Below, one piece after another: positions 50,887 through 59,367 of a DNA stretch of 64,000 nucleotides; the stretch's first letter is position 1, and each line of letters starts with the position of its first letter. Location: the NCBI GenBank assembly GCA_026986575.1, contig JALSOH010000006.1, positions 352,001 through 416,000 of the forward strand. Direction: 5' to 3'. The notes below the pieces were generated by a model that saw nothing but the letters and a program-made list of their open reading frames with translations, did not search any database and was not told the origin of the DNA. The DNA is from Thermoproteota archaeon. GTDB lineage: Archaea; Korarchaeota; Korarchaeia; Korarchaeales; Korarchaeaceae. A program made the translations under genes and the position numbers.

Positions 50887-52257
50887 TTAGAGAGGAACGT
50901 CGCACAGGTATCTCAACATAAACAGAGAGAGCAGCAAGATGCAAGTATCTATCAGCAGGAAGGCAGAGTACAGCGCACCTACATCCACCACGAACCCGTT
51001 CAGTGATTCCAAGAAGACCATGATGAACACGGACTCGGCCACTACCATGATGGGGGTGAGCTTTAACCACCCAATGGACTGGAAGGTCCACATGGATTCT
51101 CTCTTCGGTAGCAGCCTGCATATCAGGAGATTATACAGGGAGGAGAAGGATATCACGGTAAAGATGAATACTGTGAGGTAGTAGACCAAGTTCCCTCCTG
51201 AGATCAGTGAAAATACGACGATAGGGATGTTTATCGCGAGACATATGATCACGTAAAGGGCGTACTTCGACAGGGAGACCTGTAACTTGGTTAAAGGCAG
51301 GATATAGAGGAGGGAAGAGCCAGAGCCCTCCAAGGAGTACAACCAGATTGTGAAGAGAGGGAGTATCACACCCAGCTCCAAGAGGGAAGCCAAGGTCAGG
51401 TTGAGCAACGCCGCGTTTGAACTTACTTCAGAAGTGTAGATCGTGATGATAGAGTGTGGAAATACGGAAAATAGTATTAAAGCCAGTATCCAAGGTCTCC
51501 TCCTGATCAAGATCAACTCCTTCTTTAGGAGAGTCATGTGAGGCAATTCTGCGTACTCATTCCCGGCAGGAGCGACATTAGGAAACTCATGCAATCTCCC
51601 TATTACTCTACCGAAGGCCATTGCAGTTAAGTAGAAATATCCTATCAGAAGTATACTTCTCTCTAAGATAGACGAGCTAAAGAGAATCGTAAGAAGAGGA
51701 CCTAAATACGTAAAAAGAATAATAGAACCTACCCAACTTAAGGTGATTAACCACGGAACTCTCCTAAATGAAATTTCCACGCAGGCCATTCCCAGTATAG
51801 TACCTAATACAGCTAGAAAACTACTAAGCCATACTAGGATGAAGATAGCATTAAACCGGAAGTCGAGGAGAGTATAGTAGGGGGGGATTAAGAGCGGGGA
51901 GAGGGCAAGACCACCCCAAAGTAAATGCGCAATAATTACTGCTGCAATGACAGTTCTAGGCCTAATAGGCAACATCAGTATTGGCATCAGAGACTTAGTG
52001 TCCTTGATAGATCTGTAATTGATAATAGACAGTGTAAAGAACGAAAATATATAAACCAGTTGACTAACTTTAATGTAAGATTGAATACTATCTCCATCTC
52101 TAACCAATATTATGAGGAAGAAGGACATTATGATAGAGGCTATAAATAGCAAAATATTAGACAATAGAATCCTAACTAAACTAATAGAATTACCACTTCT
52201 ATAGCTTCCTTCGCGGATTATTATCAAAGCTATCCGGAGAGGCAGAGGAATTCTCAA
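50887..52257 (-). CDS. ABC-2-type exporter permease (multi-TM)
   Basis: About 12 TM helices; LLKKEL..IRRRP and EG...LLYILPLT motifs; aligns by eye with the permease at 62849. Confidence 0.75.
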   Translation of the reverse strand: MRIPLPLRIALIIIREGSYRSGNSISLVRILLSNILLFIASIIMSFFLIILVRDGDSIQSYIKVSQLVYIFSFFTLSIINYRSIKDTKSLMPILMLPIRPRTVIAAVIIAHLLWGGLALSPLLIPPYYTLLDFRFNAIFILVWLSSFLAVLGTILGMACVEISFRRVPWLITLSWVGSIILFTYLGPLLTILFSSSILERSILLIGYFYLTAMAFGRVIGRLHEFPNVAPAGNEYAELPHMTLLKKELILIRRRPWILALILFSVFPHSIITIYTSEVSSNAALLNLTLASLLELGVILPLFTIWLYSLEGSGSSLLYILPLTKLQVSLSKYALYVIICLAINIPIVVFSLISGGNLVYYLTVFIFTVISFSSLYNLLICRLLPKRESMWTFQSIGWLKLTPIMVVAESVFIMVFLESLNGFVVDVGALYSAFLLIDTCILLLSLFMLRYLCDVPL

Positions 52258-52359
52258 GGTTCCATACCCTAAAGATTTACTCGTCTACTTAAAAATTAAT
52301 GGACATTAGTATGACTTGCATTCATCATATCATGGCTGAATAATTTATTAGTTAAAAAG

Positions 52360-52986
52360 TTAATCCAATGTGAAAATAACAACGTTATATATATGGATAT
52401 ATAGCAAAATAGCTAAGGAAAAGATAGCTGAAGATGCACACCTTATATCGAATTTTCCGGATAATTTATATAAGGAACATAGCCAGAAAAAGAAAATTAT
52501 CAAGTCTATTGCTATAAACAGATAAGGGCTAATGATAAGATCAAATTCGGACCTCAATAATATAAAAAAAGAAGGTATTACAAATTCAATTAGTCTAAGT
52601 AGAAAGACCGAACTCTCTCCTATCTGAAGAAATATCAAATAAAATCCGAAGCTTAGGAGCGTGTCTCTTAATTTTATTGTATGTTCCTTACAGAAAGTCG
52701 TAATGGTTAAGTAAAATATCTCAGTAACAAGGAATAGGACGAATAAACTAGCTAACCCATGTGCAAGAAAACCTGCCGCGATCACTAAGAATAATCCTCC
52801 AAGAAAATTCTGAAGAAGCACCGTAAATTCTCTGAGGAGATACATTGTCAAACTTGTAGTATACAATAGAGATGAGATCAGTATAGTTGATAGTAGAATG
52901 ATAACCTTTCGATGAGGGCTAACATTATCTAGAAAAAGACAGAAACCCCAAACTCTATTCAATATCCTGATTACAAGGAATTTCAC
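52360..52986 (-). CDS. Yip1-like membrane protein
   Basis: 208 aa, 5-6 hydrophobic helices; divergent from the peptide gene; family call rests on topology and context. Confidence 0.5.
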   Translation of the reverse strand: MKFLVIRILNRVWGFCLFLDNVSPHRKVIILLSTILISSLLYTTSLTMYLLREFTVLLQNFLGGLFLVIAAGFLAHGLASLFVLFLVTEIFYLTITTFCKEHTIKLRDTLLSFGFYLIFLQIGESSVFLLRLIEFVIPSFFILLRSEFDLIISPYLFIAIDLIIFFFWLCSLYKLSGKFDIRCASSAIFSLAILLYIHIYNVVIFTLD

Positions 52987-53049
52987 AAGAATGCCTCCTT
53001 TAGACTCATAATACCATGTTCTCTGACCGGTGCGTTGATCTTAAGTAAA

Positions 53050-53060
53050 TTTTTATATAT
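53050..53060. promoter_or_regulatory. TATA box of the divergent island promoter
   Basis: TTTTTATATAT about 30 nt upstream of the peptide GTG, between divergent genes. Confidence 0.55.
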
Positions 53061-53090
53061 TTGCGCCCTAATTATAAATGTGGTGGTTCC

Positions 53091-53345
53091 GTGGATCAGA
53101 GGAAAATAGTTTCAGTAATCCTGATGTTGCAAATCATATTTCTTGCGGCGCCCTTTTGGATGAGCGGAAAAGCAGGAATGATATGGGGAGCTATAGCATA
53201 TCACGTCCATACACATTATCATAACCATCTAGCTTCGCACGTAGCTTTACATATGGCTATCACTCATATCATGATATACACCTTAGCAGGGTCTGGGTTT
53301 GGACCCATCGGAGCGTTAGCTGGCTTTCTAATAGGAATAGCATAA
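53091..53345 (+). CDS. Putative bacteriocin/archaeocin precursor peptide (84 aa, His-rich)
   Basis: GGTGG RBS plus GTG; leader-like MDQRK+hydrophobic stretch; core with 8 His and a Gly-rich hydrophobic end GSGFGPIGALAGFLIGIA; upstream of SpoIIM. Confidence 0.7.
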   Translation: MDQRKIVSVILMLQIIFLAAPFWMSGKAGMIWGAIAYHVHTHYHNHLASHVALHMAITHIMIYTLAGSGFGPIGALAGFLIGIA

Positions 53346-53385
53346 ACCTAATTCTCTAACATTTTTATATCTTAGGTGAGGAGAC

Positions 53386-53796
53386 ATGTTATCCAAAAAG
53401 CGAAATCTTGTTGGTATTATGATATTTTTCATACTCATGACAATTTTCTTCGGAGTCTTTTCATATCAGTTGTGGATCTCTGAACCGGAGGATTTCCTCT
53501 TATATTTCGCTGTAGGATTTACCTCTAGCATTCTTATATTCCTACTTTTCTCTGGAGATGTTGATCCTTTGGATATGTCTTGGAGGGGAATAGATGTAAA
53601 AGATAGGAGAACTCTCCTAAAGTATCTAATCTTAATAGGCCTAGTAGGTGCACTGCTAGGATCAGCACTCCCTCATGCTCTTGGATATCAGAATGAATTT
53701 CTGTATATAGCAGCTTGGTATACAGTAGGGCTGGGTGTAGCAGTTGCTTCGCTCTTGATATTGCCCATACTCAGCTATTTTCATAACAGAAAATAA
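53386..53796 (+). CDS. Small 4-TM membrane protein, candidate immunity protein
   Basis: GGTGAGGAG RBS; four hydrophobic helices, basic termini; directly after the peptide gene. Confidence 0.6.
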   Translation: MLSKKRNLVGIMIFFILMTIFFGVFSYQLWISEPEDFLLYFAVGFTSSILIFLLFSGDVDPLDMSWRGIDVKDRRTLLKYLILIGLVGALLGSALPHALGYQNEFLYIAAWYTVGLGVAVASLLILPILSYFHNRK

Positions 53797-53811
53797 AGTA
53801 GAAACACGGAG

Positions 53812-54435
53812 GTGGATGTTATAAATATCGGTGAAAAAGGTATTTGGATAGCAGCTCTTCTCCTGTATTTTGTGGGGTTCGGCTTGTCTCTTCTGGACAA
53901 CTCCACCCTGCAACATCCTACTACTCTCCGATGGAAATACATTGACTTAAAACTAAATCGCGAATATTATTTTATAATTACCTATGATTTTTTTAAAATT
54001 TGTCGAATGGATGACTACTCAAAAATTAAACTCATTTTGATAAACAATTTAGAGAGTGTTGTATTGACTGTGATGGGAGGAGTTGCTCTCTCGATACCGA
54101 CCGTCGTATCTACACTGTACAATGGATATCTTTTTGGCTCTTTTATCGGAGGTGCGCTTGCGAGTGGGCTAAGTTTAATCGAAATAATAAAACTAACTGT
54201 GTTTCATGGATTTATAGAGATAGCAGGATTCTTGATGGCGACTGTTGCAGGAATGCGTATCTCACTTTTATTAAAAGATTTATTGATATCATTACCTGAA
54301 GATCAAGATTTCTCTAAGAAGATGCGATTAAAAATTATAAGTATTATGAAACTCTTCCTATACTCTCTAATTTTTATTACTATAGCGGGATTGATAGAGG
54401 TGTACATCTCAATAGACCTAATCCTCTGCGGATAA
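53812..54435 (+). CDS. SpoIIM/DUF95-family membrane protein
   Basis: NN....L, NG...G, HGFIE, G..I and IAGLIEVYIS signature motifs. Confidence 0.85.
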   Translation: MDVINIGEKGIWIAALLLYFVGFGLSLLDNSTLQHPTTLRWKYIDLKLNREYYFIITYDFFKICRMDDYSKIKLILINNLESVVLTVMGGVALSIPTVVSTLYNGYLFGSFIGGALASGLSLIEIIKLTVFHGFIEIAGFLMATVAGMRISLLLKDLLISLPEDQDFSKKMRLKIISIMKLFLYSLIFITIAGLIEVYISIDLILCG

Positions 54436-54513
54436 CTCACCTATATTAATTTTAGGCAAATAATCAGGAGTTTCACTTACCTGCTATTTTGAAACAGCCA
54501 AATTGAGGCTGGA

Positions 54514-54549
54514 GGCGGAGGTGCGAGGTGCGCTACTAGGGAGTTCTAC
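54514..54549 (+). repeat. Right direct repeat (attR-like); orphan copy of the deiminase 3' end
   Basis: Identical to 50709-50744; 54499-54555 reads QIEAGGGGARCATREFYK-stop. Confidence 0.95.
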
Positions 54550-54601
54550 AAATGAAAATTCGTTAAACTTATATTATCACGGGGTTATATCGGCCGGTGG
54601 G

Positions 54602-55159
54602 ATGTTGGTCAGGCCCATGACCTTGTACGCCTTGGCCTCTTCCTTCGGAGGAGAGTCCATGGCCCACATGCGCTACATCCTCTTCGCCGAGAAGGCGGAG
54701 AGGGAAGGCTTTCCCAACGTCGCCAGATTGTTCAGGGCGATCGCCTATGCTGAGAGGGTCCACGCGAACAACCACTTCAACGCACTCTCCGAACTCAAGG
54801 GAGACCTGAAGGTGGTGGCCGGAGCGACCTTCGGCCCCGGGAGCACCTCCAAGAACTTGGAGCTTGCAATTATGGGGGAGGAATACGAGGTAGAGGAAAT
54901 GTATCCTGCATACATATCGGTGGCCGAGCTTCAGGGGGAGAGGAGAGCTGCTACAAGCTTCAAATGGGCCTTGGAGGCTGAGAAAATACATGCTGAGCTG
55001 TTCAGAGAGGCGAAGGATTATGTGGACAGGGGAGAGGATTACCCATTGGATGGGAAGATCTGGATATGTCCCGTATGCGGGCATACTCACGTGGGCCCGG
55101 AACCTCCGGAGAGATGCCCGGTCTGCGGGGCGCCTAGGGATAGGTACGAGGGTTTCTGA
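54602..55159 (+). CDS. rbr: Rubrerythrin
   Basis: GESMA..RY..FA, AERVHA, GEEYE...MYP, AEKIH, CPVCG...CPVCG rubredoxin domain; ATG at 54602. Confidence 0.93.
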   Translation: MLVRPMTLYALASSFGGESMAHMRYILFAEKAEREGFPNVARLFRAIAYAERVHANNHFNALSELKGDLKVVAGATFGPGSTSKNLELAIMGEEYEVEEMYPAYISVAELQGERRAATSFKWALEAEKIHAELFREAKDYVDRGEDYPLDGKIWICPVCGHTHVGPEPPERCPVCGAPRDRYEGF

Positions 55160-55224
55160 TCCCTCTATCCCTTCTTTAGTTGGTGGGGATTTGAAAGCGC
55201 GTAAGTTAACTTATTACTGAACCG

Positions 55225-56154
55225 GTGATCTTGAGGCGTATGAAACCAAATGGCCTGACGATCATCCTCCTGCTGGTAGTCGCGCTATCCCTCTCCCAGC
55301 TCATGTCTCAGAGCATCACCGCCCGAATAGAGCCCTCTTACATAGAAGCTTCTCCAGGGGAGAGCGTTGATCTGAGGTTGATCGTGAGGAACTTGGGCTC
55401 TAAGGAGATAGAGGTCACCGGGCTGAGGGTTTACGTCACTTCGGAGGAGGTGTTCTTCCTACCCATCCGCGCCAACTTCGGCGAGTATCAGATCCCCTTC
55501 GACGAGCCCACTAAGGTGGCACCCGGCGAGGAGGAGGCGATTCACAAGACCATCGAGGTCCCTGACGTGCCCGTCTTCGGCAAATTCCTCCTCAAGATCC
55601 GAGTGGAGACCACGGGCGGGAATGCTTTCTCCCTGCTGAGGGTCGATCTCAAACATTCGAACACTTCCATAGGGGTCTTCCTCTTCCTCCTGCTGGTACT
55701 CCTGCTCATAGTCTACGCGTTGATCAGGATGGTTAGGGGCAGGCTCTCCAGCGCTGGGAGGTTCAAGAGGAGGGTGAGCAAGGTCGATGCCCTCCTTGCC
55801 GAGAAGGAGAGGATCTTGGAACTGATGAGGAGGCTGGAGGAAAAGAGAGGGGAAGGGAAAGTAGGGGAGACTGAGTACAGGAGACTCAAGGAGGAGTACG
55901 AGAGGTCCCTCCGGGAGGTGCAGGCTAAGCTGGACTCGTACTTGGAACCGTTCAAATCCATGCTGGCGAACATAGAGCAGGAGATAGAGAAGCTCAAGGA
56001 GGATAGGGAGGTGGTGAGGGCCAAGATGGAGGTGGGCGATCTCTCCAAGGGAGAAGGGAAGAGAGCACTCAAAGAGAAGAATAGGGCCATCAAATCGCTG
56101 GAAGAAAGGGCTAGGGTCCTGAGGGACAGGATAGAGAGGATAGAGAGGACCTGA
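55225..56154 (+). CDS. Membrane protein: Ig-like ectodomain, TM, cytoplasmic coiled coil
   Basis: Signal/TM, beta-rich domain, second TM, Glu/Lys/Arg heptads. Confidence 0.7.
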   Translation: MILRRMKPNGLTIILLLVVALSLSQLMSQSITARIEPSYIEASPGESVDLRLIVRNLGSKEIEVTGLRVYVTSEEVFFLPIRANFGEYQIPFDEPTKVAPGEEEAIHKTIEVPDVPVFGKFLLKIRVETTGGNAFSLLRVDLKHSNTSIGVFLFLLLVLLLIVYALIRMVRGRLSSAGRFKRRVSKVDALLAEKERILELMRRLEEKRGEGKVGETEYRRLKEEYERSLREVQAKLDSYLEPFKSMLANIEQEIEKLKEDREVVRAKMEVGDLSKGEGKRALKEKNRAIKSLEERARVLRDRIERIERT

Positions 56155-56197
56155 CTCCTCCTTCAATTATTTTAACTTGTTCCTACCGCGTAGCCCT

Positions 56198-57661
56198 ATG
56201 GATCGGATCGTCTCTCCAGAAGTGAAGGAGCTGGTCAGGAGGTACAGGGACATTAGATCCCTCGGCTACGCCCTCTCCCTCTTGGGATGGGACATGGAGA
56301 CCTACATGCCCCCCGGTGCCTTCAGGGAGAGGGGAGAGATAAGGGGAATCCTCAGGACCCAGGTCCAGAGGCTGTACACCCATCCAGAGTTCATATCCTT
56401 GGTTGAGAGTGCTAAGCCGCAGAACGACCTCGAGAGGGGCATAATCCGGGTTCTGAAAAGGTGGATAAAATACTACACTAAAATACCTAGGGAGTTCATA
56501 GAGGAGGAGGAACGTACCACTGCTGAGGCCTTCCAGGTTTGGAGGGAGGCGAAGGCTAAGTCGAATTTTGAGATGTTCAGGCCGGTACTCGAGAAGATCG
56601 TGGAGCTGGAGAGGAGGAAGGCCGACTACCTAGGGTACGAGGATCATCCCTACGATGCCCTGCTTGACCTGTACGAGGAGGGTCTCACGGTCAAGAAGTG
56701 CGAGAGGATGTTCTCAAAGGTCCCCCGGATATCTGATCTGTTCAAGAAGGTGAAGGATCGATATCCAGAGAGGCATCCTCTAGAGGACGAATCCTACGAT
56801 GAGACCTTCCTGAGGAGGCTAATAGAATACGTCTTGGGGGTTCTAGGGTTCGACTTCAACAGAGGCAGGGTGGACACGTCACCTCACCCCTTCACAGTCG
56901 AGATGGGCCTCTATGACATCAGGATCACCGTGAGGTTCGAGGGAAAGGACTTCAGGAGGGCCCTCATGGCTGTTGTACACGAGTTCGGCCACGCCACCTA
57001 CGAGATGAACATAAGCGAGGATCTGTGGATGACTCCCGTTCAGACGGGTGTCTCGCTTGGAGTTCACGAATCACAGTCTAGGTTCTGGGAGAACGTGGTG
57101 GGGAGGTCCAGGGCGTTCGTCAGGAGGTTCAGGAACGAGATGATCATGGCCCTCCCGTTCCTCAAGGGATACGATGAGGAGGAGATGTACAGGTACCTCA
57201 CGCTTGTCAGGCCCGAGCTGATAAGGGTGGAAGCGGACGAGGTGCAGTATGTCCTCCACATATACCTCAGGTACAAGCTGGAGAGGGCGATGATCGAGGG
57301 AAGCGTGAACGTAAAGGAGCTTCCTGAGATATGGAACGACACGATGGAGGAGCTAGTCGGGGTAAGGCCACCCAACGACTCCTTGGGCGTGCTGCAGGAT
57401 ATTCACTGGGCTCATGCTTCCATAGGCTACTTCCCCACGTACGCTATCGGCACAATGCTCGCGGCCCAGTACTATAGGAGGCTCGACTTGAGGGAGGCTG
57501 TGGATAGAGCAGAATTCTCTACCCTGATGAGCGTCCTGAGAGAGAGGATACATAGGTGGGGGGCCGTCTATCCACCCGATGAGCTAATAGTCAGGGCCAC
57601 AGGCGAGGAGTTCAATCCCGAGCACTTCCTCCATTACTTGGAGGAGAAGTACCTGTCCTAG
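56198..57661 (+). CDS. Carboxypeptidase M32 (Taq-like)
   Basis: LLGWD, HPF, HEFGH, HESQSR, IRVEADE, QDIHW, GYFPTY. Confidence 0.95.
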   Translation: MDRIVSPEVKELVRRYRDIRSLGYALSLLGWDMETYMPPGAFRERGEIRGILRTQVQRLYTHPEFISLVESAKPQNDLERGIIRVLKRWIKYYTKIPREFIEEEERTTAEAFQVWREAKAKSNFEMFRPVLEKIVELERRKADYLGYEDHPYDALLDLYEEGLTVKKCERMFSKVPRISDLFKKVKDRYPERHPLEDESYDETFLRRLIEYVLGVLGFDFNRGRVDTSPHPFTVEMGLYDIRITVRFEGKDFRRALMAVVHEFGHATYEMNISEDLWMTPVQTGVSLGVHESQSRFWENVVGRSRAFVRRFRNEMIMALPFLKGYDEEEMYRYLTLVRPELIRVEADEVQYVLHIYLRYKLERAMIEGSVNVKELPEIWNDTMEELVGVRPPNDSLGVLQDIHWAHASIGYFPTYAIGTMLAAQYYRRLDLREAVDRAEFSTLMSVLRERIHRWGAVYPPDELIVRATGEEFNPEHFLHYLEEKYLS

Positions 57662-59015
57662 CCCTCCACCATTTTCTCACCACAAGCGTCGCCACGAGGA
57701 GTGCTGCCAACAGCAGAACTATCCAATACAACCCCGTCACCTCAGGAACCTCCTTACCCTCCGTGGCTGTGCTCTCGGAGGTAGTGGGAGCGGAAGTGGA
57801 AGTAATAGCGCTGGTGCTGGTGGTCGGTGAGGCGACCTTAGTCCGTGTTGGGGATTGAGTAGCTGGGGTTTTACTAGTTTGCGTTTCTCCAACTTTCTTC
57901 TCGGGGATTTCGCTGTTTAAAACTGCAGTTATCTTCCCATAGCTCGCCACCAGCTTGCCCTCCCCTCTAACCTCCAGGGTCACATTGAAAGGTGGAACCC
58001 CGACTACCTCGGTGGCGTTCACGCGCAAGTCACCGAAGGGGGTCAGCTTCACCCTTATTGAAATGTCGGCCCCTCCCAGCCTCTTCACCACAAGTTTTAC
58101 CTTCCCACTACCGTTTATCTCCTCAGGGCTGAACGATAGCGACACCTCCGGGGCCTTCACTCTCACCTTCACCACGACTAGACTAGGTCCCGACTTAGCG
58201 ATGGCGGTCCTGTAGTACTCGCTCTCCACCCTCACCTCGTGCACTCCCTCGCTTATATTGGTCTCTAGGATCCCATTCCTATCGGTGAAACCGTAAAACA
58301 CTCCATCCACATAAACGGACGCATTTCTGACCGGATAACCTGCTTCAGTGACTACTTTGACGGTCAGATTCCTGTACTCAGGCTGGGGCCTCCTCTCCCG
58401 CGAGACCGCCGTAAAGTCACAGCAGCCGACGGTCGATTCTCCCATGCTCTCAGCTAGAATGCAGACCCTCCTCTCACCCTCAGGCCCATCATCCAATCGG
58501 GAGATGGAGTAAAGCCCAGCCTTTAGAGATCCCTCGAATAGAACAATGGTATTGGTCCCTCGCTCCAGTACTACAGTGACGTTGGAGTCCCTGCTCACGA
58601 AGAACAGGAAGGTAATATTACTTCCGACATCGATCTCATTACCGCATCCTTGGAGGATCCGTATTCCAGCCTCCATCACGTTCCTCAGTTTCTTGAGGTA
58701 ATGATCGCCGCACTCCAAGATCACGGTCTGCCTGCAGCACTTGGTCTCCAAGTATCCCTTGACCTCCACGAAGTCTCCAACCTCTACGGCGTCAATGTGG
58801 GGGATTCCAGAGCAGCTATCCTTGCCTTTTAATACTTCGATAACACCCCCCTCTGTGAGAGGACCCTCCAGCACTTCCTCAACCCATACGATCGCGTAAC
58901 CTTTACCCACAGCACCAACGTGACCCCTGAAGATTACCGTGGAGGAACCTTGGGTGGTGATTAGGGGTATCATGAGGAGGGACGCTAGGACGGCCACCTT
59001 AGCTAGGTTCATCAT
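57612..59015 (-). CDS. Membrane-anchored surface protein with PEGA-like domain and Thr/Ser linker
   Basis: Signal peptide, NASVYVDG...G.T, EGVHEVRV, Thr-rich stalk, C-terminal TM. Confidence 0.75.
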   Translation of the reverse strand: MMNLAKVAVLASLLMIPLITTQGSSTVIFRGHVGAVGKGYAIVWVEEVLEGPLTEGGVIEVLKGKDSCSGIPHIDAVEVGDFVEVKGYLETKCCRQTVILECGDHYLKKLRNVMEAGIRILQGCGNEIDVGSNITFLFFVSRDSNVTVVLERGTNTIVLFEGSLKAGLYSISRLDDGPEGERRVCILAESMGESTVGCCDFTAVSRERRPQPEYRNLTVKVVTEAGYPVRNASVYVDGVFYGFTDRNGILETNISEGVHEVRVESEYYRTAIAKSGPSLVVVKVRVKAPEVSLSFSPEEINGSGKVKLVVKRLGGADISIRVKLTPFGDLRVNATEVVGVPPFNVTLEVRGEGKLVASYGKITAVLNSEIPEKKVGETQTSKTPATQSPTRTKVASPTTSTSAITSTSAPTTSESTATEGKEVPEVTGLYWIVLLLAALLVATLVVRKWWRARTGTSPPSNGGSARD

Positions 59016-59367
59016 GCAGGGTATTGGGGAACCTCTATTAACCCTTTTGCTGCATATTAGTAAGTAAGATGGAGTAAGATTCATAGTTCCCCAAAAAAGA
59101 GGTCATCTAATCGTTTCTCATATGACAGCGGTTGAAGTTAGCTAGGAAACCTTCTTCCGCTTTTTTACCCAAAATAATTGCTCGCAATACCCGAAGTTAG
59201 GATTTCTAATTTATGAAAAACTTGATATGAAAAAAGAGGGCAGTTCCCTTTATAAGACCCATTCGCCGGTTTAGTGAGGGTAACACCCCCACAGCGCCGT
59301 CCTAATCTTTTTTCTTCCATTTTTTCTCCTCAGGACCCTCTATCAATAAAAAGGGAACCAAAAATAG

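Larger units (their letters stand above)
50709..54549. mobile_element. 3.8 kb AT-rich genomic island without integrase, carrying a SpoIIM-linked peptide locus
   Basis: 36-bp direct repeats at both ends, sharp GC drop, five membrane/peptide genes. Confidence 0.85.

Noticed and set aside
53061-53090. TTG start for the peptide ORF
   Set aside because: It abuts the TATA box; GTG at 53091 has a GGTGG RBS and suitable spacing
54503-54601. N-terminal extension of rubrerythrin in the ORF track
   Set aside because: It reads through the right direct repeat and promoter; the ATG at 54602 with an RBS fits the family length
55459-56166. 235-aa Leu/Pro-rich minus-strand ORF
   Set aside because: Antisense of a GAG/AAG/AGG-rich coiled-coil gene
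59085-59367. Replication origin
   Set aside because: No clear ORB consensus and no cdc6/orc1 gene in the window
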